DNA of 61,750 bases from IMG/VR virus record IMGVR_UViG_3300043219_000435. One strand, 5' to 3'. Position 1 is the first letter of the stretch, and each line of letters opens with the position of its first letter. Shown here one piece after another: positions 8,970 to 17,014 of the stretch. Position numbers and translations under genes: made by a program. Under the pieces are notes generated by a model, which did not search any database, had not been told where the DNA came from, and worked only from the letters and a program-made list of their open reading frames with translations. This DNA comes from a virus (Duplodnaviria > Heunggongvirae > Uroviricota > Caudoviricetes).

Positions 8970-9209
8970 TTACCTTATCAATTCATCAAGATTTATACCT
9001 TGAGATTCCATTTCTTCAAAAAATTCTTTATACAGGTTTTCAACTACTTCGTATTTATCATCTGATAAATCACCATGTTTCAATAGTGATCTATATTTGT
9101 CAGAAATATTCCATAACGCTAAAAAAGCATCATTTGCTTTAACTGCTTTCATATGGTCGAGACGATCATCAGGATCTGATAAATCAAATTTAAGTATAGC
9201 TTTAGCCAT
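8970..9209 (-). CDS. conserved phage hypothetical protein
   Basis: MAKAILKFDL.DPDD pattern; directly after a perfect sigma70 promoter. Confidence 0.7.
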   Translation of the reverse strand: MAKAILKFDLSDPDDRLDHMKAVKANDAFLALWNISDKYRSLLKHGDLSDDKYEVVENLYKEFFEEMESQGINLDELIR

Positions 9210-9230
9210 ATTATATACCCTTTTAACTAA

Positions 9231-9259
9231 AGTATATAAAAAATATTAACTGAAGTCAA
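9231..9259 (-). promoter_or_regulatory. sigma70-type early promoter; both hexamers overlap ACTTYAGTT motifs
   Basis: TTGACT-17-TATACT. Confidence 0.8.
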
Positions 9260-9271
9260 TAAAAATATTAA

Positions 9272-9493
9272 CTATAGATCAATTTCCGATAAGATTTCTA
9301 AAAACAGCTCGAATCCATGGATAAATAACCAGCCAATGCCTTTGAGAATCCAGTATAGATAAAAGAATCCTGGAATGAAGTACATAATTGATTTGAATGA
9401 AGTATATTTTTTTAAGCGACAAAATACAGCATATTGAAATGCTAACAAAACGGCTATTACTATAAAGAAAAATATTATCATATTAATCTCCAA
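9272..9493 (-). CDS. small membrane protein
   Basis: Two hydrophobic segments. Confidence 0.55.
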   Translation of the reverse strand: MEINMIIFFFIVIAVLLAFQYAVFCRLKKYTSFKSIMYFIPGFFYLYWILKGIGWLFIHGFELFLEILSEIDL

Positions 9494-9497
9494 ATAG

Positions 9498-9582
9498 AGG
9501 AAGATACCGGATTTGAACCGGTGCTGGTGTTACCCAGGCAACGCTTTAGCAAAGCGACACATTACCACTCTGTCAATCTTCC
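9498..9582 (-). tRNA. tRNA-Ser(GCT)
   Basis: TT-GCT-AA loop, long variable arm; 5' end overlaps the stop of the upstream CDS. Confidence 0.88.
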
Positions 9583-10415
9583 CAATGGTGTATTTCAATG
9601 TTTCTTATTTTTTTATGACCTGTTACATTCTCTGAAGGATAACCTAAAGGATTGCAGATAATGTCAGTCTTTTCAATTCGAAAATCATATTGTTCATGAG
9701 TATGTCCAAATACCCAAATTTTCGGTGCTGCTTTAGCTGTTAAATACTTCATACCATCAAAAAAGAAGAATCTGGTATTTGTATCATCATATTTGGCCGG
9801 TATATTTTTAGGTAAAACCGGACCTACATGGCTTAAGAACACATCAACATTTTCAATATTCTTTTCAAGTTTTGCTATTTCTTCATCTAATATGAATTTA
9901 TAACTCTTCATATTGTATATATAATTGGCATCATTCATGAAGTAAAGCCATTTCTCTTTAATCTGATCTTCAGTAAGATTTGGCTCAAAATTGCTTAATT
10001 TCCCATCATACCACATATCAGTGCCGGAATATTTAACTCCATCATGCTCGATTATTTCACCATCTGAAACATATACATTTTCAATATCATCAATCTTAGC
10101 TTTCATTTCTTGAACACGATTAAACGAATTTCTAAAGTATTTGTTCTGTTGTGTTTTTGAAACTAAATAATAATCATGATTACCAAAGGTAACAATAACT
10201 TTCTTATATATTTTGCCCAATAGCTTTAGCATGTAGGCGTTTTGTTTATTGCTATGTCCAATGTCCCCAGCAATCAATAAAACGTCTTGTGGCTCTTCTG
10301 GAAGGATATTATTAACAAGATTTTCGATATGAAACTCTTGCTTATGATGCACTGTATGCATCTGTACATACATGTCTAAATGTATGTCTGATATAAAGTC
10401 AAAGTTAATTACCAT
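9573..10415 (-). CDS. calcineurin-like metallophosphoesterase
   Basis: SDIH, AGDIG, GNHDYY, FGHTH. Confidence 0.9.
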   Translation of the reverse strand: MVINFDFISDIHLDMYVQMHTVHHKQEFHIENLVNNILPEEPQDVLLIAGDIGHSNKQNAYMLKLLGKIYKKVIVTFGNHDYYLVSKTQQNKYFRNSFNRVQEMKAKIDDIENVYVSDGEIIEHDGVKYSGTDMWYDGKLSNFEPNLTEDQIKEKWLYFMNDANYIYNMKSYKFILDEEIAKLEKNIENVDVFLSHVGPVLPKNIPAKYDDTNTRFFFFDGMKYLTAKAAPKIWVFGHTHEQYDFRIEKTDIICNPLGYPSENVTGHKKIRNIEIHHWED

Positions 10416-10424
10416 ATTTCACCA

Positions 10425-10464
10425 TAAAAAAAGTGCTGAGTGTCACTACCCTGCGACACTCAGC
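10425..10464 (-). terminator. intrinsic terminator closing the protein+ncRNA operon
   Basis: GCTGAGTGTC/GACACTCAGC stem followed by a U run. Confidence 0.85.
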
Positions 10465-10507
10465 TATTAGTGTAAAGTATTATTGATTTGTGTAGATTTT
10501 TTAATTA

Positions 10508-10616
10508 ATCTGAAAATCCCGCTCTACGACTGAGCTACAACCCCTCTAAAGACTCATTAAATCTTTAGAGGGGCAGGAGAGAATTGAACTCTCGACCTGG
10601 ATAAGAATTCCAAAAC
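10508..10616 (-). ncRNA. circularly permuted tRNA-like (YrlA-like) module 1
   Basis: 5'->3' order is T arm (GAGAG-TTCAATT-CTCTC), loop-closed acceptor-like hairpin (CCCCTCTAAAGA/TCTTTAGAGGGG), D arm (GCTC-AGTCGTA-GAGC), closed by ATCC/GGAT. Confidence 0.8.
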
Positions 10617-10690
10617 CTTGATCAATATATACTAGTTGTTTTTTAAATCTGTGGTGTCAAAAATCTAATTTTTTAGTTTAAATTTAATGT

Positions 10691-10795
10691 GTGCCAATAT
10701 GTGGGTGTCGCCAATTGCACCACCTCGGCCTGATTTTTCAATAAATGCCGAGGTAAGGATTCGAACCTCAATTCTCGTTAAAGACTCACTAGCAC
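10691..10795 (-). ncRNA. circularly permuted tRNA-like (YrlA-like) module 2
   Basis: T arm GAGG-TTCGAAT-CCTT, acceptor-like ACCTCGGC...GCCGAGGT hairpin, D arm GTG-CAATTGGCGA-CAC, outer GTGC/GCAC. Confidence 0.78.
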
Positions 10796-10818
10796 GTCAG
10801 ATTTAGTTTGCACCAATT

Positions 10819-11577
10819 TTAATTTGTTCCATTAATATATTCAAATATTTTTTTGCCAATTTCAACATTTTTAACTTCTTCTTGATTAGCACTGCAACGA
10901 GCACTTACAACAGCTCTGGCTAATTCATCAATCTTTTTAAGAAGATTATGCTTCTGTCTTGCTGATAAACATCCACTTTTATAAATCTGTTTCCATTTAC
11001 CTTGTTGAACATCTTCACTAATCAATTGTGCCTGTGCAGGATGATGATCTGTAGCTTCAACTAAAGTAATTGGCTTTTGTTTTTTCTTAGATTTAATTGT
11101 TTCTACAGCTTCTGTGATAAAAACATTTGTACCGTTTGCATCTTCTTTCCAAACTTTATCAGAATCAAGAGTAGGAATAACTGCATAAACTTCTCTAATT
11201 TTCTTCAATTTACTTTCAAGATTGAGAAGTACAGTTGCAGGAACATCAGTTGCAATTACATTACCATTAATTACCAAATCTGCTTTAGCTGTGGTATTTG
11301 TAAATTCTTTCTGATACATGCAATCAATAGTTGCGATAACAGATTGTTCAACATATTCCAATTTATCAGGAACATTTGTAACTAATTGTTTTGATTCAGA
11401 TGGAAATTGTTCTGTATCTTCTTCATTCATCTTTTCATAAGTTTTTGTAAAACCGTTGAAATGATTTCCATCTTTAAAAACTTTCTTTGCTTCGTCTAAG
11501 ATCTTGTCTTCAGCACCTTTTAGAGAGCCTTCCACCGCAAGAACAGCATGAAGCTGATTTTTCTTTTGATCACTCAT
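10819..11577 (-). CDS. 252-aa helical protein of unknown function, co-transcribed with the tRNA-like RNAs
   Basis: Own sigma70 promoter; long amphipathic helices. Confidence 0.85.
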   Translation of the reverse strand: MSDQKKNQLHAVLAVEGSLKGAEDKILDEAKKVFKDGNHFNGFTKTYEKMNEEDTEQFPSESKQLVTNVPDKLEYVEQSVIATIDCMYQKEFTNTTAKADLVINGNVIATDVPATVLLNLESKLKKIREVYAVIPTLDSDKVWKEDANGTNVFITEAVETIKSKKKQKPITLVEATDHHPAQAQLISEDVQQGKWKQIYKSGCLSARQKHNLLKKIDELARAVVSARCSANQEEVKNVEIGKKIFEYINGTN

Positions 11578-11605
11578 ATTAAATCCTTTATGTTATTGTA
11601 ATAAC

Positions 11606-11634
11606 AATTTAATTAATTGTACTTTAGTTGTCAA
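11606..11634 (-). promoter_or_regulatory. sigma70-type promoter with AACTAAAGT in the spacer
   Basis: TTGACA-17-TAAATT. Confidence 0.65.
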
Positions 11635-11640
11635 CAGATT

Positions 11641-11844
11641 TTATTCATTATTCTGAGTAAATATCAAAATATCAACTTTTCTTTTAAGATATGCATTGAA
11701 ATTTAAACATGCTAATATATAACCAAATACTGTGAAAAACAAATTACCATGAAGAGAATTTGTTATAGCAATAGATGTCGAGAAAATACAACAGACTATT
11801 GCTATTGTTTTTAAGATTTTTGCATTTTTTAAATTATATTCCAT
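11641..11844 (-). CDS. small membrane protein
   Basis: Two TM-like segments. Confidence 0.55.
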   Translation of the reverse strand: MEYNLKNAKILKTIAIVCCIFSTSIAITNSLHGNLFFTVFGYILACLNFNAYLKRKVDILIFTQNNE

Positions 11845-11871
11845 ACCACAATATTAATAAAAATAAGCATA

Positions 11872-12210
11872 TTATTCATCTTTTTCTTTATTTTTCAATG
11901 GTTCCATACAAAACATTCTTTTTGCAGCATATGAACATCGAGCAACAATTTTTTCATAAGTATTGAGTGACGATTCATGGGCAGATCTTACCCTTTCATT
12001 ATAGGAGTAACCATTTCTAGAATTAATTTTATCAGTTTTATCTAATGCGACAATTGTTGTTTTAAGCATAGAGCTAACGTTTTCCAAACAGTGCATTGAA
12101 AATTCTTTCATTAATGGTTTAGAATCATCTTTGCATATGTAATAATCTAGTTCATCATTATCACTACACCCAACTAAAGTAATCATTAAAATAATCAATA
12201 AGTATTTCAT
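11872..12210 (-). CDS. putative lipoprotein
   Basis: MKYLLIILMITLVG-C lipobox. Confidence 0.65.
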   Translation of the reverse strand: MKYLLIILMITLVGCSDNDELDYYICKDDSKPLMKEFSMHCLENVSSMLKTTIVALDKTDKINSRNGYSYNERVRSAHESSLNTYEKIVARCSYAAKRMFCMEPLKNKEKDE

Positions 12211-12401
12211 TCTTCTTTCCAATTTTTTATGTTTTCTGTTTTTTTAAGAATCGCATTGAACATGATACATGAAGCGAGATAATATATGATAGAAGTAATT
12301 GCAAAACCGATTGTGACATAATGAATAGCTGCAGCAGTAAATGCCATACAAAAGATTATGTTTGCTATTCTGAATTTTTTAATAGTTTCAAGTGTATTCA
12401 T
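12207..12401 (-). CDS. small membrane protein
   Basis: Two TM-like segments. Confidence 0.55.
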   Translation of the reverse strand: MNTLETIKKFRIANIIFCMAFTAAAIHYVTIGFAITSIIYYLASCIMFNAILKKTENIKNWKEE

Positions 12402-12418
12402 AATTACTTTAGTTTAAA

Positions 12419-12500
12419 TAGCCTCGGAGAGATTCGAACTCTCACACCTCTGGGGTACTACATCCTAAGTGTAGCGTGTCTACCGTTCCACCACGAAGCC
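12419..12500 (-). tRNA. tRNA-Leu(TAG)
   Basis: CT-TAG-GA loop, long variable arm. Confidence 0.9.
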
Positions 12501-12511
12501 AAATATTTAAA

Positions 12512-12595
12512 TGCCACAGATGGGACTCGAACCCACACGCCCTTACAGGCCAGGAATTTTAAGTTCCTGTTGTCTACCAGTTCCAGCACTGTGAC
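12512..12595 (-). tRNA. tRNA-Leu(TAA)
   Basis: CT-TAA-AA loop, long variable arm. Confidence 0.92.
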
Positions 12596-12609
12596 GAAAG
12601 ACAAAATAA

Positions 12610-12683
12610 TCGGGGTAGCAAGATTTGAACTTACGGCCACCTACTCCCAAGGCAGGTACTCTACCAGACTGAGCTATACCCCG
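12610..12683 (-). tRNA. tRNA-Pro(TGG)
   Basis: CT-TGG-GA loop. Confidence 0.93.
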
Positions 12684-12691
12684 ATTTGCGA

Positions 12692-13156
12692 TTATGTAGT
12701 ACTTCCTATACCACCTGTTCGCAACCCTCCTACAGTCTTATCATCATTGTCTGTAGTCAGGTAAGTAGTGAAGATTGCTTGTGCCATTGCTTCGCCTGAA
12801 CCAATCTCCAAACGCTTGTTTGGAGATTGGTTGTGAAATTTTAAAAATATTTCACCTTCATTTTCAGCTAAAGCATAATCAGCATCTATAATAGCTACTG
12901 AATTAACAAGCTTAAGTGAGTATTTGAATCCGTGTGAGCTTCTTGGATATATTTGAAGCACTTCATTATCTGGGAATAATGCTTTGAGATATGTAGTAAC
13001 CGGTTTACTAATTTCTCCAGGATTTAATACTATTTCTTCACCCGTATTATTAAAGATATCATATCCTGCAGATGCCTTAGTTGATCTACATGGCATTTTG
13101 AAATCTTCTCTAATTTCATTAATGTATTTTTTAATTATTTCAAACTTTCTCATCAA
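12692..13156 (-). CDS. dut: trimeric dUTPase
   Basis: SAGYD, PRSS, IIDADY, RTGGIGST. Confidence 0.92.
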   Translation of the reverse strand: MMRKFEIIKKYINEIREDFKMPCRSTKASAGYDIFNNTGEEIVLNPGEISKPVTTYLKALFPDNEVLQIYPRSSHGFKYSLKLVNSVAIIDADYALAENEGEIFLKFHNQSPNKRLEIGSGEAMAQAIFTTYLTTDNDDKTVGGLRTGGIGSTT

Positions 13157-13171
13157 CGCTCCATTTATATA

Positions 13172-13200
13172 ATTATATATAAATTTTATGTAATAATCAA
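13172..13200 (-). promoter_or_regulatory. sigma70-type promoter for dut and the tRNA Pro/Leu/Leu cluster
   Basis: TTGATT-17-TATAAT. Confidence 0.7.
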
Positions 13201-13225
13201 GTTAATTAATAAAAAATATAGAAAA

Positions 13226-13405
13226 TTAATAAATTGGTTGTTCCATCAATAATGTTTGCCATAAATGAGGGGCAGATTCTTTTTTGATTTTGATTCTTTT
13301 ACCATCAGGATCGTATGCTTCGATCAGAACGGGAGTTCTTCTGATAAGTGTGAGATTTGAATCATTAAAAATAAACTCTTGACCTTCTTTGATAATATAA
13401 GTCAT
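13226..13405 (-). CDS. hypothetical protein (start revised to MTYIIKE)
   Basis: SD GGAG; TATAAATA at 13431-13438. Confidence 0.55.
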   Translation of the reverse strand: MTYIIKEGQEFIFNDSNLTLIRRTPVLIEAYDPDGKRIKIKKESAPHLWQTLLMEQPIY

Positions 13406-13446
13406 AAGATTCTCCAAAGTTGTTTGTTTGTATTTATAAAACAAAC

Positions 13447-13480
13447 AAAAAAAGCACATAACCATAGGCTATGTGCTTTT
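13447..13480 (-). terminator. intrinsic terminator after NAMPT
   Basis: AAGCACATAG/TTATGTGCTT stem plus U run. Confidence 0.75.
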
Positions 13481-13501
13481 AAAGATGCTTAGGTGGGATT
13501 T

Positions 13502-14929
13502 CTAAGCAGCCATTATATATTCTGGCGAATTCTCTATTACCTCATTGAATGTGTACTCTTTTATAAGTTCACCGTTAAGAAATACAGTTTGTAACTGGTC
13601 TTCCAGGGTTGTCACATTTGTAGTACTGTAATTCCCTTCTTCATCTTTGATTAAATATTGAATACCTTTCTTTGATTTTTTGGTAGAATCCAAAGGATCT
13701 TTGAATATATCATGCCATATTCCATCTCTACATTGTGCAGAACTCTTAAATGCATTTCTCATGGTATCACGATTAGTCTTTTGTATCAGACCACCGCCCA
13801 TTCCAAAGCATATATTTTCAATAGAAAATCCAAGAGATTTCACAAGTTCGAGGATATTAGCAATGTCATCTATATCCAAGCCATCACCCCATATCATGCC
13901 AACTTTAGAATTTAATACTTTGTACTTCTTTTTGTTTAAAGTAGTACCGAAGTTTTTTTCTAAAGACTTTAGTATATAAGGAATGACTACCATATAATCA
14001 TCCGAGTCTGGACGTATAACAACTTTACCATCTCTTTCGAGAATCTTTTGTTTGTAGATTTTACCTATGATATTATCAACAAAATTTTTCCAATCATAGC
14101 TATCACAAACAATAGATAAAATTCCTTTATCGAATTTATCAATAATTTTGCCTGTACGTCTTGACTCACCTTCTCTACCTTCAGAAGTCATTACGCTGTG
14201 TTCAGTTGCAGGAACTGAGTATGCGTTGACCATTTTAGTATTATAATAATCTCTAGCCGTTTTAATGGCACTGAGATTGTCTGTACCCCAAAAGTTAACT
14301 AGGTGTCCTGAACCATTCCAACTTGAAGTAAAGTGATTAGAACCGCCTCTATAGCCAAAATCATGTAGCATAAACTGAAGTATAGCAGCGATTTTATCAT
14401 CATCACAAGTATCTTCAAGAGATCCTCTGCACATTTCTTTGACCATATAACTTAGGGTTGCGGTAGTTGTTGTTGACCAAACGTGAGTCAATAAAGATTC
14501 AACGTGTCCAACAAGCCATTCACATTCAGGATCTGTATTAATAACATCAAAACAAATGTTTCCGATTGGCATTACAGTTCCTTCAGGGACTGCTTTGATT
14601 CTGATTGGTAGAACCCCACCATGTTTTTTCAAGATATAATCCCATCTTTCAATATCTACATGTTCAAGACCGGTTTCAAAGTGATTCTCCAATATCTCTT
14701 TTGCTTCATCAATATGTTCTTGCAAAACAACTTTCCCCACAAGGAATCGTTTGATGAAAATTTGCAAGCCATAAAATTTAACCAAAGGGAATGATGATCC
14801 TTTTCTACATTCATTATATGAATAATTGAATTCAGTAGGAAGTTTCATTCCGTGGTGAACCATTTTGTACGAGTCTGAAGCCAAGATTGGATTGAAATCT
14901 GGATCGTAAAACTTTCTCATTGCAACCAT
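13502..14929 (-). CDS. nadV: nicotinamide phosphoribosyltransferase (NAMPT)
   Basis: DSYK..H, HDFGYRG, PATEHSVMT, SIVCDSYD, IRPDS, GDG, FGMGGGL. Confidence 0.93.
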   Translation of the reverse strand: MVAMRKFYDPDFNPILASDSYKMVHHGMKLPTEFNYSYNECRKGSSFPLVKFYGLQIFIKRFLVGKVVLQEHIDEAKEILENHFETGLEHVDIERWDYILKKHGGVLPIRIKAVPEGTVMPIGNICFDVINTDPECEWLVGHVESLLTHVWSTTTTATLSYMVKEMCRGSLEDTCDDDKIAAILQFMLHDFGYRGGSNHFTSSWNGSGHLVNFWGTDNLSAIKTARDYYNTKMVNAYSVPATEHSVMTSEGREGESRRTGKIIDKFDKGILSIVCDSYDWKNFVDNIIGKIYKQKILERDGKVVIRPDSDDYMVVIPYILKSLEKNFGTTLNKKKYKVLNSKVGMIWGDGLDIDDIANILELVKSLGFSIENICFGMGGGLIQKTNRDTMRNAFKSSAQCRDGIWHDIFKDPLDSTKKSKKGIQYLIKDEEGNYSTTNVTTLEDQLQTVFLNGELIKEYTFNEVIENSPEYIMAA

Positions 14930-15900
14930 TATTCACCTCCTTCAAGTGTTTTTAAAAATGCACTTAATAAAGGTTTATGCTCATCAACAACATCTTTTTC
15001 TTTTATTTTATCAAGATCAAACCAAGCGAGTTCGTGAATGTCATCTTCAGGTTTCGCAGCACCAAATACATAATCTGCAGTAAATAATGCAGAGAATATT
15101 TTATGCCGTTCTCTTGAATATCGCCAATCTTTAATAAGATAACTACCAACATAATTAAGATTACCGACTTCCAGACCTGTTTCTTCCTTTACTTCTCTAC
15201 GAGCATTCATTTCTAAAAAATCACCCTCGTATGCATCAGTGTCAGGTTCTACAAATCCACCAATAAATCTGAATTTAGTTTGGTTTTCTTTTCTGCCTAA
15301 TAACATTCTGTTGTATTTCTTATCAATGATAATAGTATCAACAGCACAATAAGCAGTAGGATATTGATTTTGAGCACACCAGAGAGCACCATCTATAAAT
15401 TGTTCATGATCAGAAATTTTATATGAAGCTTTTTTACGAACTTCAGTTGCTGATGTATAACGTTCTTGGAGCAATTCAACAACTTTAAAACTACCCGAAT
15501 AACGAGCTGAAAAGTTGTCTCTACTTCCATAGAGAATTGTCTTTGAAGATAATGGTGGTACATTCGATCTTATTAATTTATCAAGAATCTTTGACCATGC
15601 CTTATCTGAAGGGTGATCATGTTGATAAACAATTTGAACGCCTGGAAAGGCTTTTTGTATTACACGTCTTCTGATTTCAAAATCCAGAGTATTATCTGGT
15701 GTACATTTGACTTCAGAAACGCCAACTACAATGATTGTTTTTTCGTGTCTGCTAATAACAGACTGAATGATATCTCTGTGTCCGTCAGTCATCGGTTGAA
15801 ACCGACCAACTATAACACCGACACCATCTTTTACTATTTTTTCTTCGCTACTTTGTAACATTATAACCTCCGTCTTTTGAAGAAAAATTGGTTTTATCAT
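14929..15900 (-). CDS. bifunctional NMN adenylyltransferase / Nudix hydrolase (NadM-Nudix, NatV-like)
   Basis: VGRFQP...GH; GGFVE...ARREVKEETGL Nudix box. Confidence 0.88.
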   Translation of the reverse strand: MIKPIFLQKTEVIMLQSSEEKIVKDGVGVIVGRFQPMTDGHRDIIQSVISRHEKTIIVVGVSEVKCTPDNTLDFEIRRRVIQKAFPGVQIVYQHDHPSDKAWSKILDKLIRSNVPPLSSKTILYGSRDNFSARYSGSFKVVELLQERYTSATEVRKKASYKISDHEQFIDGALWCAQNQYPTAYCAVDTIIIDKKYNRMLLGRKENQTKFRFIGGFVEPDTDAYEGDFLEMNARREVKEETGLEVGNLNYVGSYLIKDWRYSRERHKIFSALFTADYVFGAAKPEDDIHELAWFDLDKIKEKDVVDEHKPLLSAFLKTLEGGE

Positions 15901-15943
15901 TTAAATGATATTTTGAATATATAAAACTAAAGTATATTGTCAA

Positions 15944-16768
15944 TCATATAATATCTATATTCTTATGTTTAGTATATATTTTTATTAACTTTTTAATAAC
16001 TGGACTCTGTGTTAATCCAAATTTCTTATATAAAAAGTCTTCAGAATATCCTTCTTTAATAAGATAAACTATTGCGCTTGCTTTTATAGAATAAATGTTA
16101 ATAGAATATTTTAAATTATGATCTGTCTGAGCTTTCTGAAAATGATGTTGAATAGTTCGTGGATGATATGATTTATTTCGTAGGCTCATGAATAAAGGAT
16201 CTTCACCATCTCTTTTTTTAACAAGAGCTTTTATATCATTTTTTAATACTATTGGATAAATATTATGAAAACCATCTTTATTATCATTTAAAGTTATTCT
16301 GTTTTTTGACAAATCTACATCTTTAACCTTCAATTTGACAACTTGTCTCATGGTTAAACCGGTAGAAAATAATAAGAGAAATATTAATTGCTGTTTTTTA
16401 TCCTGGATCTTATCACAGTAAGATAATATTTGTTTTTTAGTGTATATTTCAGGAATTTCATCATGTTTCTCATCAGGTAATGTATAACTTTTAATTACAA
16501 TATCATTTTTTAATAATTTACATAACAATATTATTGATCTTAACATAGCACGTTTTGAACTTGGTGCCAAATCACTATTAATCATATTCTTAACATAATT
16601 ATTTACTTTTACAGATGATAATGAATTCAGATTGGAGATTTTGTCTTTTTCATGAAAATGAAGAATTAATTTCTTGATGTGTGTAAAATAAGTTCTTTTA
16701 GTACTATCACTTAAATATTCATTATGTACTTTAGTTTTTAATGATTTTAACATTGTATCGATTGTCAT
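15944..16768 (-). CDS. tyrosine-recombinase-fold protein, catalytic residues degenerate
   Basis: SAM-like N-terminus; LLFSTGLT (no catalytic R), YSIK in place of HxLR, FGL in place of LGH. Confidence 0.75.
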   Translation of the reverse strand: MTIDTMLKSLKTKVHNEYLSDSTKRTYFTHIKKLILHFHEKDKISNLNSLSSVKVNNYVKNMINSDLAPSSKRAMLRSIILLCKLLKNDIVIKSYTLPDEKHDEIPEIYTKKQILSYCDKIQDKKQQLIFLLLFSTGLTMRQVVKLKVKDVDLSKNRITLNDNKDGFHNIYPIVLKNDIKALVKKRDGEDPLFMSLRNKSYHPRTIQHHFQKAQTDHNLKYSINIYSIKASAIVYLIKEGYSEDFLYKKFGLTQSPVIKKLIKIYTKHKNIDII

Positions 16769-16796
16769 ATATTACCCTTTATAATATTGTGGTAAT

Positions 16797-16825
16797 AATA
16801 TAACAACTAAAGTAAAATTTATCAA
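16797..16825 (-). promoter_or_regulatory. sigma70-type promoter of the recombinase-like gene, ACTTTAGTT in the spacer
   Basis: TTGATA-17-TATATT. Confidence 0.7.
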
Positions 16826-16834
16826 TCCTTATTA

Positions 16835-16908
16835 AGCCCCCAGTGGGATTTGAACTCACGATCACTGCGTTGCAAACAGTTGCTTTAACCAGACTTAGCT
16901 ATGGGAGC
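16835..16908 (-). tRNA. tRNA-Cys(GCA)
   Basis: TT-GCA-AC loop, U73. Confidence 0.92.
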
Positions 16909-16919
16909 GATAAAAAAAA

Positions 16920-16992
16920 TAGACACAGAAGGACTTGAACCTTCGACCCACGCATTAAAAGTGCGCTGCTCTACCAACTGAGCTATGCATCC
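16920..16992 (-). tRNA. tRNA-Lys(TTT)
   Basis: CT-TTT-AA loop. Confidence 0.93.
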
Positions 16993-17014
16993 ATCATTTT
17001 TTTTCTTTTATTTT

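Noticed and set aside
10505-10545. Apparent tRNA 5' half with a TCA/CAG 'anticodon' (opal suppressor, Sec or Leu)
   Set aside because: The T arm lies upstream rather than downstream, the acceptor helix is loop-closed and no anticodon loop forms, so it is treated as a permuted mimic
15944-16768. Active integrase / prophage evidence
   Set aside because: The catalytic residues are absent and no att-like site or host genes were seen
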